The notes under the pieces are model-generated. The model did not search any database. It saw only the letters and a program-made list of their open reading frames with translations, and was not told where the DNA came from. Positions 35,911 through 58,100 of a DNA stretch of 64,000 nucleotides are shown here, in pieces. The position numbers were made by a program, and so were the translations under genes. The DNA comes from Malacoraja senta. Its lineage: Eukaryota. Positions within the stretch are counted from its first letter, which is position 1. Every line of letters begins with the position of its first letter. The DNA is taken from the NCBI GenBank assembly GCA_038087875.1, contig CM075988.1:5828001-5892000 (forward strand). Reading direction: 5' to 3'.

Positions 35911-36610
35911 TGTTTGGCACTGTGAGGCTGCTCTGCAAACAGTGCCACTGTGCTAGTCTAACCCCAGAGTCAAGATTGGTTGAGTTATTGTCATGTCAGA
36001 GGTCTTTCAATAACATTAAATAAAATGTGTTCACATTGTTTTCATTGTTATTGCACATTGTGATTATCACATTATTAAACAGGTTCAAATAAAAGATGAC
36101 TACACTTGCCTTGACTACTTGTTGTAAATGGACCATTCTTTAATGTAGTATCAATGTTAGGTGCTCCCCGAACTGAGAATGGGAAAAGGTGTATATTGAT
36201 AAAGCATAAAGACAATAATTTACACATGAAGTTCCCACCAAAAATTCATAACATATTCAGCAAGTAATTGGGTTAATTTTGTGAATTAAACTAGGCTCGA
36301 ATCAGATATGACAGGATCAGATGCAGAATTACAGGTATCTCCAAGCTTTCTCAATAAATATCTTAAATGAGCCGCCAGAAAAGGGCTGCATCCGACTTTT
36401 CACACCAGCTTGGTTTCCTGCACTACACCCAGGGTTTACATCAGCACTCTTACTCGTTGGGAATATTGAAAGGAATACAACACAGGACTAGACTCCAGCC
36501 ATTCTTTCAAAGAGGTAATAAACTTGTCCATGGCGCGCACAAAATTCTGACTGACATTACTCGCAGGCCAAGTTCTTGCTCTCAAAGACACTAGCCTTGG
36601 AGATTTAGTT

Positions 36611-36627
36611 TTATTGTATTCTGCAAC
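36611..36627 (-). CDS. FAM118B: Candidate FAM118B terminal exon A (GCRIQ*)
   Basis: ttttctaatgactaccag|GT TGC AGA ATA CAA TAA; phase 1 fits; resembles the recalled human GCST* ending. Confidence 0.4.
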
Positions 36628-38331
36628 CTGGTAGTCATTAGAAAAAGTTACAAATATTAAGTTGTTAAAGAAAGAGCACAGGGGCTTGGAGGCGCATTAG
36701 CATTGAAGGGTCCCAAACCAAAACAACATCACCCATCCACATTATCCAGAGATGCTGCCTGACTGACCGCTGAGTTACTGAGTCTGAAGAAGGGTCTCGA
36801 CCTCAAGCGACGCCCATTCCTTCTCTCCAGAGATGCTGCCTGTCCCGCTGAGTTACTCCAACATTTTGTGTCTATGCCGAGTTACTCCAGCACTTTGTGT
36901 CTATCTGTGGTATAAACCAGCATCTGGAGCTCCATTTTATTAGAGTCTTGTGGTTAGCTTGCAGGACCGTGATCCAGAGGTGGTGAACACTTAGACACAT
37001 AGAAAATAGGTGCAGGAGGAAGCCATTCGGCCCTTCGAGCCAGCACCGCCATTCATTGTGATCATGGCTGATCGTCCCCTATCAATAACCCGTGCCTGCC
37101 TTCTCCCAATATCCCTCGACTCCAATAGCCCCTAGAGCTCTATCTAACTCATCACTATCTATCTAACACTTGCCGTGTCTCTGGTTTGAATGCCATCATG
37201 GCAATTAGGAACTACATTCATGTAGCTGAAATGTTTAGAATTTAAATGTTAATCACATTAACTACCCATGAAACTATAAGATTGTCCTAAAAATCCATAT
37301 GATTTACTAATGTGTGCCAGGGAAGGAATTCTGCTGACTCAATTTGGCCTATGGCTTCCTCAGTGTACAGAAGCATGAACCATAAATTAAACCTTGCCAG
37401 AAACATTCCAACCATCTGGATGATTACATTAAAAAATACAGGCAAGAATCAAAGCTCGATTACCAGGCAGAAAACAGAATAGCAATAAATCAGCATTCTC
37501 AGATGCGGAGGCTGTAATATCTGGTGTTCCAGCGATTCATAATCTAGATTTGGATGAAGGGGCCGCACCCAACATATGTTAGCTTGTTAATGGTACCAAG
37601 CTGGATGGAAGAGTGGGTTGTGAGGGGGTTGCAGAGAGACTTTGCGGGGAAACAAACAGTTCAAACAAACATGCAAGGACATGGAAGATTCATTTGGAAA
37701 GCAGTTTTAAATGGCAAAGCTACAAAACAAATGCTTCTCAGCAAGACCTGTGATCCCTTCTATGCAATTCACTGAAAATTACAATTTTGCTAACAGCAAA
37801 CAATTACGGTATGTTGGCCTTTATAGCAAGAGGATTTATGTGCAAAACTCGAAGATATCTTACTGAAATTATAGAGCTTTGATACGATGTCACCTGGGCT
37901 AGTGTGTACAATGTTGGTGCTCTTATCTTAAGGAGAATGTAAGAGATAGAGGGAATACAATGAAGGCTCACCAAATTGATTTCCAAGATGGAGGAAAGAT
38001 TTTTTTTCTGCTATGAGATTGAGCAGACAGCGCCTATTCAAGTTTAGTGAACAGTGATCCTTGAAGACAAAATTCTTATGGGATTTAATACTGTAGATTC
38101 AGAGATGATGAGGTTTGATCAGACAAGCCTCAGATGAGAAACTTCTTTACCTAAACAGTGACAAATCTTTGTAATTCTCTGAGGGTCGTCAATGCTAGTT
38201 GTTGAATGTTTATCAAGATATGATATTTTGTTTATTAAGAAAATAAATGGAACACAGGAACGTGGAATTGAACTAAAAACAAGTCAGCCACAATCTTACC
38301 AAATGACACGGAGGGACAGATTATTTTGTTA

Positions 38332-47496
<9,165 letters not shown>

Positions 47497-48349
47497 CCAG
47501 CTTCTGCGATGAGAAACTCCAGTTAGGGAGCTGATGTTTCGCAATAAAGAATGACGATGTAGGGACAGGGGCTTAACTTCTTTGAAATTCAATAAATTTA
47601 AATTGTAGCAAATGGGTGCATTTTAAAACACACACTGAATGCTACAGCACTGCTTCTCCAATACCCGTTTGTTGATCCATCATAAAATATTTCCAATTGA
47701 CTTCTACATTTAACAGAAAACACACTTTGTTAGAAAAAGGAGTTGGCATAGAAGGTTGCCTAAAGTTCAAACCTCCTAAACTGTTGATGAAAATGGTTGG
47801 AAAGAAATCTGCTACACCATAATGGTAAATGTGTTTAAAATATAAACCAAAAATGTTTCAGTTAAGAATTTTGACAGAATTTTAAAACAGAAAAGCAACA
47901 TATTTTTAGTGAATGTATTAGGAGGATACTGAAGGTGATATTTTGGCAGTGATTTAACTCAGCACATCATTAACTATCTAGCGGGCACCCATCATGGCAA
48001 TAAAAAGTAGTCATCAGCAGAACATCTAGTGGTTTAGTAGTTCCCAATTAAAATTGTATTACAACCAATTTAGTCCACGTAATAAAAGTACATTCACAAA
48101 TTCATCAATCACTTTTATCAGATTCATGTTATGGAACAAGTGTTATAGCAGAACTATCTGTACTATAATATAGCAACAGCTGCCTGCAAAATTCAGTTCT
48201 GTTGAATTCTGAAGCAGAGGACACTGTACTACTATATTGTGTTCAGCATTATCAAATATTAATTCAAGAAGGGTCTCAACCCGACCCATTCCTTCTCTCC
48301 AGAGATGCTGCCTGTCCCACGGAGTTACTCCAGCTTTGTGTCTGTCCAG

Positions 48350-48635
48350 CAATAGAGCCTTACAGCGCCAGAGACACAGGTTCGATCCTGACTACAGGTG
48401 CTTGTCTGTACGCAATTTGTACGTTCTCACCGTGACCTGCGTCGGTTTTCTCAGAGATCTTCAGTTTCCACCGACACTCCAAAGATGTACAGGTTTGTAG
48501 ATTAATTGGCTTGGTATCAATGTAAATTGTCCCTAGTGTATGTAGGGTATTGTGAATGTGCGGGGATGGATGGTCGGCACGGATACGGTGGGCTGAAGGA
48601 CCTGTTCCCATGCTGTATCACTAAACTAAACTAAA
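48350..48635 (+). mobile_element. tRNA-derived SINE copy
   Basis: Same family. Confidence 0.75.
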
Positions 48636-50059
48636 GCTGTAAGCAATAAGATTTCCCAGACCAAGTAAAAAAAGTCACAACAAATTCGCTCATCTAACAA
48701 AATAAATGTGTTGAGTTTTCTCTATGGTGGGAGATAAACTTCCAATGTGTTACAGATAAGCAGAAGTATTATGAATTATGATTGCTGGGGGTGCATGTGA
48801 TAATTTTCTAGGAGTATTTTTGCACTGTGGACACAACAGATGAGTAAAATAAATCTCACACATCAAATAAAAGCAGCACGAACAACATCTACACTCTGGC
48901 ACCATATCAGGCAATCTGCAAACTGGGTTAAAAACTTGTGAACTTGTTATTTTTCAATCTACCTCCAAGATTAATGGTTCTTTTCTAAATTTACACTACC
49001 CATTGTACTTCCCACATATCCTCGTTTATTTTACGTGTACTTAGCCACTTAATTTGCAAGTGGTGAATGAATACAAATTCCTTTTTCACGTTACTGTGGC
49101 TTCATTGCACTTGTCCACTATACCCATAGGGTAGGAATAATTTCTGTATCTTTACAAGCTAGGCAATGCAACCATTAATATTATTACAAATGAACCAATA
49201 ATTTCCATTGTCGTGATTTTTTTAAACCTAAACCTAATCCTTAATATCAGAAAAACACAAGAGACTACAGATGCTGGAATCTTAAGCAAAAATGAAATCT
49301 GCATCTATGGCGGCAGATGGATGGATAATATTTTGGTTTGAGATCCTTCTTCAGACTAAGCATGCAAAGTCTGAAGGGTCCCAACCCCAAATGTTGCCTG
49401 TCCATCTCCCTCCACAGATGCTACCCGACCTGCTGAGTGTCTCCAACAGTTTGTTTTTTCTCAGGACCTGAAATCAGCATACGATAATTAGTTCAATAAT
49501 ACACTGCAGTTTAGGAAACTACCAGTGTATTTCAACATCAAAAATTGTTATTCTCTTTTCCTCGTAATACAGGAGATATTTTATTTTCAACAAGTGTATT
49601 CTTCCATTAGCCAATTTTTCACCAAACAAAGTGTCTACACTCACCTCCACGCCAACAATAATGGATTTAAATCCCAAACTGGGTGCTGCAGTCCAACATG
49701 CATCTTATTTACACTGTCAGGCTCTGATCCTCTCTCTTCCTCTTTGCTGAACCAGCTCAGGTCAGGAATCAAGCCCCCACCACTTCTCCAGATTTCTCTA
49801 CCCCCCCCCCCCCCAACCTACCACCATGTCTGAAACATTGTGTGGGTTTATTTTCTCCACAGACCCTGCCCAACCTGGTGAGTTCCTCCAGCACTGTGGT
49901 TTGCTCAAGATTCTAACATCTGCAATTGTTTATGTCTAGTTTGGGGTACGTGGCAGTGAGCCAAACGTTCTCCCCGTCTTCAGGGCAAAGCCATTTATTT
50001 CACTTCTTGTATTCAGTGCAACTCCAGACCTTTGTGGGTCCAGAACCTGGTGGGAACCA

Positions 50060-50720
50060 CATGTCGTCAACAACTCTTACAAACCTTTACAGATGCATCG
50101 TGAAAAAGCATACTCTCATGGTCCATCACAGCTTGGTTTGGTTAACAGTTCTGCCCAAGACCACAAGAAAATGCAAAGAGTTGTGGATGTAGTCCGGTCC
50201 ATCATTCAGACCAGACTCCCCCAACTATTGATTCCATCTACATTCCACACTGTCCCAAGAAAGTAGCCAACATAATCAAATACATTCTCCACACTGGCCA
50301 TTCATTCTTCTCACTCTCGTCAAACAGAAGCTTGAAATCGCATACTGCCAGTAAGCAGTAGACAAGACAATAGGTGCAGGAGTAGGCCATTCAGCCCTTC
50401 GAGCCAGCACCGCCATTCAATGTGATCATGGCTGATCATTAATCAATAAACAGCTTATTCCCATTATCAGACTTCTGGATGATCCCTCTACAACCTAAGT
50501 AGAGTCCCGATACTGTTATGCTATAATGCTGAGTACTACTTTTGATTTGCACTGGTAATTATTTTCTGTGGTTTGGTATCTTTCTCTTCACTCTACTTTT
50601 TGTACTTGTGTTTGGATTAATTGTATTCATGTGCAGTATTACCTGGTTTGATTTAAAAGCATTCAAACAAAAGCTTTTCACTGTATCTCAGTACACGTGA
50701 CAATAATAAACCTAAACCAG
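50060..50720 (+). mobile_element. Rex1/Babar-type LINE 3' remnant
   Basis: TLTNLYRC; 3' end cttttcactgtatctcagtacacgtgacaataa shared with 21200-21240. Confidence 0.55.
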
Positions 50721-50899
50721 AAAGTGGGAACATGCACCTCTTTCTTCCCTCAACGACAAATTCCACCCAGCCCCACCCCAATCTCATGGCCAACATCTCC
50801 CATGACTCACACACCCACATTTCCCTTCAGAACCCTGCAGGCCCCAGATGTCCCTCGCAGCTCGCCCCCTACAAACCCCTCACCCATCCTCATCATCCC

Positions 50900-51172
50900 T
50901 CCTATTCACACCTTCCATCCCCTCTCATCACTCACCCCCTTCTCTTCTTTCCCTCCCTCCTCTCTCCCCTCCCTTTGCCCCTCCCCTCTGCTGCACCCTT
51001 CCCCCATCCTCTTCACTCCCCTCCCTCTCCCCATCTTTCTCACCCCTCCCCATCTCTCTCCCTCTCCCCCTCCCCATCTCTCTCTCCCCCTCCCCTACCC
51101 CATCTCTCTCCTTCTCCCCATCTTTCTCTCCCCCTCCCCATCTTTCCATCTCTCCCTCTCACCTCCTTCTTG
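50900..51172. repeat. Polypyrimidine (CT-rich) low-complexity tract
   Basis: Almost purely C/T with repeated ccccatct(t/c)tct units. Confidence 0.85.
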
Positions 51173-51789
51173 TCCAGGCGCCGCGAGCGTGCGCAGTAGG
51201 CTGCATGGCGGCCGCGCAGGCTCAGAAAGACCAGAGAAGCGCAACCGTTCAACTCAAAACTCACGCTGTCAAACTCAAAGAGCCAACGAAATGTGTAGGA
51301 AGGAGCTGCAGATGCTGGTTTAAACCGAAGATAGACACAAAATGCTGGAGTAACTCAGCGGGGTCAAGCAGCTCTCTGGAGAGAAGGTATGGGTGACGTT
51401 TCGGGTCGACCCCAAGATTAGCAAATACACCCACCAAAAAAATGTTCTCCCCATCTGCAGTCGATGTAAATTACCCATTCAAATTTCTGAACACCTATGT
51501 TAACTAGAAACTATGTTAACACAATAGGATTGTCTGCATGAAGCCTGGGTTTCACAGCTGTCAGGTTCATCTGAGAAATTCACACTATTACCTGATCAAC
51601 TGATTAAAAATATAGCAATGGGGAAATTAAATAATATGGTGGATTATATTATTAGGTTACTGGTGTGGGGGCAGGCAATCCTGCAACTCTGGAAACCTGA
51701 AAAGGTGACCCACTTTTTGGAGCACTGAGATGGGGTCTCCAGATCTATTCATAGTCGGAGAGTGCTCATGTGGAAGGACTGCTCCAGGA

Positions 51790-52600
51790 GTATCATAAGG
51801 TCATAAGTGATAGCAGCAGAATTAGGCCATTCGGTCCATCAAGTCTACTCTGTAATTCAATCATGGCTGATCTATCTCTCCCTCCCAACCCCATTCTCCT
51901 GCCTTCTCCCCCTAACATAGAAACATAGAAAATTGGTGCAGGAGTAGGCCATTCGGCCCTTCGAACCAGCACTGCCATTCAATGTGATCATGGTTGATCA
52001 TCCACAATCAGTACCCCGATCCTGCCTTCCCCCCCATATCCCTTGATTCCGCTAGCTCTAAGAGCTCTATCTAACTCTCTTTTGAATGCATCCAGTGCCT
52101 TCCAAGGCAGAGAATTCCTCAAAGTCACAACTCTCTGGGTGAAAACGTTTTTCCTCATCTCAGTTCTAAATGGCCTACCCCTTATTCTTAAACTGTGGCC
52201 CCTGGTTCTGGACTCCCCCAATAACAGGAACATGTTTCCTGCATCTAGCTTGTCCAATCCCTTAATCATTTTATATGTTTCTATAAGATTCCCTCTCATC
52301 CTTCTAAATTCCAGTGAATACAAGCCCAGTCATTCCATTCTTTCATCGTATGACAGTCCCGCCATCCCGGGAATTAACCTTGTGAACCTACGCTGCACTT
52401 CCTCAATAGCAAGAATGTCCTTCCTCAAATTAGTACCCCTGACCACCCTCTGACTAAAGAAATTCCTCCTCCTCACCTCCTTTCTAAAAAAACATCCTTT
52501 AACTCTGAAGCTATGACCTCTAGTCCTAGACTCTCCCACTAGTGGAAACATCCTCGCCACATCCACTATATCCAAGCCTTTCACTAGTCTGTACGTTTGA
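51790..52600 (-). mobile_element. Stacked CR1 3' fragments
   Basis: RGNLIETYK, FTQRVV, several tails and a junction near 52432. Confidence 0.85.
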
Positions 52601-54342
52601 ATGTTTGCTGCAATTGCAGGTTAGATTTTATTAACTTGTACTTAAGGATACTCAAGTTCCAGTGGGAAGTAACAATATAAATACACCACTATTTATCAAA
52701 GCACTTCTGTTCTGTGCACAAAAATGGATGACATTACATATCTCCATATTATATTCCATATCTTTGCCCACCAAGCTTGTCTAGATTTCCTTGAAGCCTC
52801 TCCACATTCTCCATCTACTCATATTCCATCTAATTTTGTTTCATCACCAAACTTGAAATATGACATTAGGTGGAAACCAATTAACATAGATTATAAACCT
52901 CGAGACTGTTAGCCTCAAAGACCAGTTTGTTCCCACTGTTTCCTTTTTGACAGTTGATTGTCCCTCAACAATGGGACCATGAACAGACAGGGAATAGATG
53001 GTTACAGATCACTTGCAGTGTGGGAGTGGCTCGATTGACATCTTGGTTAACACGGACATAGTGGACCAAAGGGCCTGTTCTACGCGTTTCGAAACGATCA
53101 CCAAGAATGGCCCTGCGATGAGGAACTCCCATTACATGCATAGATTAGCACTGTCTTTTCACGGTACCGCAGTAAACATGACAATTAACTAAATAAACTA
53201 AACTACTTTGGAGGATTCAGAGGAGATTTAATAGAAACAAATAAAATGACAAATGTTTAGAGTGGACAGAGACAGATTTTCACTGGTGCATTGAGTCATT
53301 AACTGGAGATCACAGATATAAAACAAAGTGATTTCAGAATGAAGAAACAAAATTTCCCTTCACACATCCTACTTCCTGTAGGTGTGGTGGGAGGCAGGTT
53401 ACACTGTGGCTTTCAAGCAGGAAATAGATAACATATATAGTGGATACAAAAAGTTAAAAGACTACAGAAAAAGAGGCTCAGCTGCTGGATCAGAGAGGGA
53501 TGCCACCTGACCCACTGAGTTACTCCTGTATTTTGTGTCTTTCCTTGGTAAACCAGCACCGGCAGCTCCCTGTTTCCACCAACTAAAGAGTTACAGTGAC
53601 AGAGAGGCGACGTGGACACAGTGGGCCAAATAGCCTCATTTTGTGCAGCCACCATCCACAAACCGTGGGCTCCATTTGTTTGGTGGAGTTCACATCCAAT
53701 GGGACCGTGTGATTTCAGCCACAGTACCTTTCAGGGGTCTACAGTGGCCTCTTCAGACCGGGCAGAGGTGGGTGAAGCCACATCTCTGGGATTCACTGAC
53801 CACCAGCAACGGGACAGACTGAAGATAGACACAAAATGTTGGAGTAACTCAGCAGGACAGGCAGCATCTCTGGGGAGAAGGAATGGGTGACATTTCAGGT
53901 CAAGACCCTTCTTCAGATTGAGAGTCAGGGGAGAGGGAAATTAGAGATATGGAAGGGTACAAAGAGCATGTAAGGTGTGAAGAGGGCAGATGACAGCACC
54001 TCTGACAGGGCAGCACATCCTTAGAACAGCATGAAAGCATGTCCTGTTGAGTTCCACTGTCTGTATAACTCGTTATCACCTGTGCCACAGCCACCTTTCC
54101 ATGATTATCGGTGCTTTTGGCATATCTTCCATTCATTTGTGCAAAGGACCGTTTATACCTCCCGTTCCCCTGCCTCTCAGTCCGAGGAAGGGTCTCGACC
54201 CGAAACATCAGCCATCCCATGTTCTCTGGCGATGCTGCCTAACCCGCTGAGTTACTCCAGCACTTTGCGTCTGTCCCCAGTAAATGGAGTCGGTGTCAGA
54301 TATCACATTGGCCATCAATGAAGCCTCACCGTGTAACGTTAC

Positions 54343-54425
54343 CTGCGGGACGCTGAGGCCGGTGGTGGCCTGACCCGGCCCAGCCTGGCCCTTGTTGACG
54401 ACAGCCCCTGTTCCACCGTCCCCTC
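54343..54425 (-). other. FAM118B: Candidate non-coding first exon of FAM118B
   Basis: Minus-strand donor CAG|GTAACG at the edge of the CpG island; 5' end approximate. Confidence 0.45.
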
Positions 54426-54980
54426 CCCACCCACACAGCGCGCACCACTGGAAGCAGCGGCACCCCCACGTGCTCACTCACGGCCAATCAGCAGAGAGCC
54501 CGCCTTACCCGTCACCGATTGTCTGCAAGCTGATAGGCGGACGGGACTATCCGTCACACGGCAAGTCCCGCCTTCCCCTTTCTGATAGGCGGTTGGCGCC
54601 GCCAGCCATCTCCGGAGTCCCGCCTCCTACATCCTGATAGGTGGCGGGAACCGTCAGTCATCACGAACGTCCCGCCTTCTCCGTACCGACAGGCGGTTAG
54701 GGCTGTTCGTCATCCTGGGACTCCCACCCACTCGATTGCAATAGGCGGATGGAGCTGCCAGTCGCCCCGCCTTCACGATCCTGATAGGCGCTTAGGGCTG
54801 TCAGTAACCCCGGAAGTCCCGCCCATCGGATGGCGATTGGCAGTTGGGGCCGGCAGCGCAGCGGTGCCGGACGGGAGGGCACAATGGCGATGGTGACAGC
54901 GACGCGGGGCTGAGGTGAGGGAAGGACTCGGCCCCCGCCCCCCCCCCCCCCCTCCCGACCCGTCTCGACTTTCGGCGGCC

Positions 54981-55109
54981 ATGGAGTTGGAGGCCGAGGG
55001 CGCCGCCTGCGCGGGATGTGCGCTAACCTGGTGCCTGACGGCCGTGGTGTTTGGCGCCGCGCTGCTGGTGCCTTGGAGACTGGGTCTGGTGCACCGGCTC
55101 CGGTACCGG
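54981..55109 (+). CDS. ILVBL: ILVBL first coding exon
   Basis: Kozak gccATGG; MELEAEG...[12 protein letters not shown]|gtaagt, phase 0. Confidence 0.82.
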
Positions 55110-58100
55110 GTAAGTGGAAGGGGACGGCGGGGGACACACAGCTGGGATCCTGCCCCCGGGGCTCGGCCCCTGCCCTCAGGGTGGCGGACCGGGACGGACA
55201 CAAAGCGCTGGCGCTGCTCAGTGGGACAGGTGTCAGGGGTTATGGGGAGAAGGCAGGACAATGGGGTTAGGAGGGAGAGATAGATCAGCCATGATTGAGT
55301 GGCGGAGTAGACTTGATGGGCCGAATGGCCTTATCTCTGGAGGGAATTGCCAGGCGAAGTTTCTGGTAATTTTAGATACAGACAAAATGCTGGAGTAACT
55401 CAGTGGGACAGGCAGCGTTATAACAATAACTCATCCTACATTTCCGTATCAGCGTCTACTTTGATCTGTCGTTTTCACACCTATCCCAACCACCTATATC
55501 TCCCTCTCCCCTGACTTTCAGTCTGAAGAAGGGTCTCGATCCGAAACGTCACCCGTTCCTTCTCTCCAGAGATGTTGCCTGACCGGCTGAGTTACTCCAG
55601 CATTTTGTGCCTATCCATTCTTCAGACTGATGGAGTAGAGGGGAAGAAAGCTAGAAAGGAGATGAAAGGGGTGGGACAGAGCTTAACAAGTGGACACAAA
55701 TGCTGGAGTAACTCAGCGGGTCAGGCAACATGTTCAGAAGTGTCCCGATCCGAAATGTCATCCATTCCTTCTCTCCAGAGATGCTACCTGTCCTGCTGAG
55801 TTACTCCAGCATTTTGTATCTATCTTCGGTGTAAACCAGCATCTGTAGTTCCTTCCTACATCAGTGACAAGTGGATACGGGTGAGGGAGATTTGAACATG
55901 GTGGAAGAGATGGAGAGCAGCAGGAATCACAAAGGGGTGGCAGTGAGGGTCTGGCCGCTGCCCTGCCCTAGGACAGGGTGAAGTGGGTTGTGCTGCCCCT
56001 GAGTCCTGCCTCTGCCTTGTGGAGGTTTGCTGGCTCCTGTCCAAGGATGAGTGGGTGGACTGGGTCCTGTGCCCTTGAGCCAGGAATCAGAGAGGCCACA
56101 TTGGCCACAAAGTGCTAGAAGAAACTGGTGCATTCCTGAAATACCCTGGTGGTCAGGGAATGGGTATATTGAAGGCACAAGGAACTGCAGTGGCTGGAAT
56201 CTTGAACAAAACACATTGTGCTGGAAGAACTTAGCAGTTCAGGCAACATCTGTGGAGGGGAAGGACAGGCAGCATCATGTGTCAGGACCCTTCAGTCTGA
56301 AGAAGGTTTCCGACCGAAAACATCACCTGTCCATTCCCTTGACAGATGCTGCCTGACAGCTGAGTTCCTCTGACTTTTTATGTTATGGATATACTGAATC
56401 CTGTTCTGTGATTCATCAGGGAGATGGGGGAATCTGACTGATTTTGCGTTCATCAGGTTGGTGATCAAGGACATGGCAGTCCTGTGCATTTATGCATTCT
56501 GTTGTAAATGGAAAGTTAGTTAACTGTATGTTGAGAACTGAGGGTCTATTTTTGAGTCTTCTTCCCAACAACAATCAGGCTATTGACCACGACAAACACC
56601 TCCTAAACATCGAACTGTCTTAGTTGCACTAGGAACTTCATGCCTTTGGTTTGCTTTGCACCAATGTTATTTCTTTTAATTATTGAACTTTTTTACTTTT
56701 GTTTATTATGTTATCTATTGAATGCTGTGTTTACATACCTGTTGTGCTGGTGCAAGTAAGAATGTCATTGTTCTGTTTGGGTACATATGACAATTAAACA
56801 CCCTTGGCTCAAGGGACTGCAGATTTTGGAATCTGAAGAAGGGTCCCTTGCCCATTCCTTCCCCAGGATCTGCTGAGTTCCCCCAGCACTTTGTTTTGCT
56901 TGAGGCTCTGCTTTGTTTATTTAATATTTTCCTTTTGATTTTTTTCTTGGATAGGTGGAAAGTTCAAGCCCCAGACATGGTGGTGAGAGAGTTGCAGAGG
57001 TTTTGAAGGCTCATGGTGTGAAATACCTCTTTACTCTTGTTGGCGGACATATATCGCCTATTCTTGTGGCTTGTGAAAAGATTGGGATTCGTGTGGTCGA
57101 CACCCGACATGAGGCCACTGCTGTGTTTGCTGCTGATTCTGTGGCCAGACTGTCAGGTAGTTCTTCAAGATAAATGTGACTTGACTAACCTTAGCTTGCC
57201 CTTACAACCTTTTCATTAACTTCCTTTCCAAAGTCAAGATTGGTTGTACAAAAAGATAAAAATGTAAATATGCATTTGATCTTTATCGTAAACCACACTC
57301 CATTTTCCTTTTACAACCATTTCACTGTACAAAGGTACGTGTTCCCTCAAGAATGCAACATTAGCTGATGTAAAAGATTTTCTTTTGATCTACCCTATAT
57401 CCTCACGGTAGACTTAGACAAACTGATTAGGCACTTTTAATTGTGCTGTTGCAAGTAAGAATTTAATTGTTTTACCTTGGACATATGACAATAAAACACT
57501 CTTGACTCTATTTACATGGGTTTGTGGAAGTTTGGAACTTCTCCCCCAGGTTTGTTGAAATTACTCAAGAAGGCTAGGGTTTAGAAATGGGGAAGTACAG
57601 GTGCAATTGTACCGCGTGTTGTTGAGGCCACAACTGAAGTACGCTGCACAGTTTTGCCCCTTCTGCAAGAAAGGATATGCTGGCATTGCAATTCCGGGGA
57701 TGAGACATGCTATTGCAGGCAGCTAAAATAGTTGGATCCTTATTCTTTAGCGCTTTGAAAAATGTGGGATGATTTTACTTAGCATAAGATCCCAAGTGGG
57801 AGAGTTTCGAACGATGGGACATAATTACAAGATAAGAGGATTGTTATTTAGCACTGAGGTGCATAGGGATTTTTTCTTGCTAAAAAGTTGATTAATCTCT
57901 GAAATTCTCTCTCCTGGAGTGGAAATTAGATAATTGAAAGTATTGAAAGAGGAGATAGACCAATTTTTGAAAGATCAGGGAATAAAAGGCTATTGGAAGT
58001 GAAATGTAAATTAAAATGGTGGTTGTCAGATGATATGAAGATGCAAATGGATGTGTGATCAAAAATAAGTTTTCAAGCAGTCTGATTCAGTCACGGACAA

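Larger units (their letters stand above)
54330..55220. promoter_or_regulatory. CpG island / bidirectional promoter FAM118B-ILVBL
   Basis: GC- and CpG-rich, CCAAT boxes (54484 and reverse at 54836), repeated GTCCCGCC and CTGATAGG motifs, lies between divergent genes. Confidence 0.8.

Noticed and set aside
50697..51396. Long Pro/Ser/Leu-rich ORFs
   Set aside because: Open only because the C/T tract lacks stop codons; no domain or splice support.
54495..54842. CRISPR-like regularly spaced repeats
   Set aside because: Eukaryotic promoter; motifs are only 8-11 nt and degenerate, and no cas genes are present.
54697..55398. Antisense and alternative ORFs over the CpG island
   Set aside because: GC-rich stop-poor sequence; only 54981-55109 matches ILVBL.
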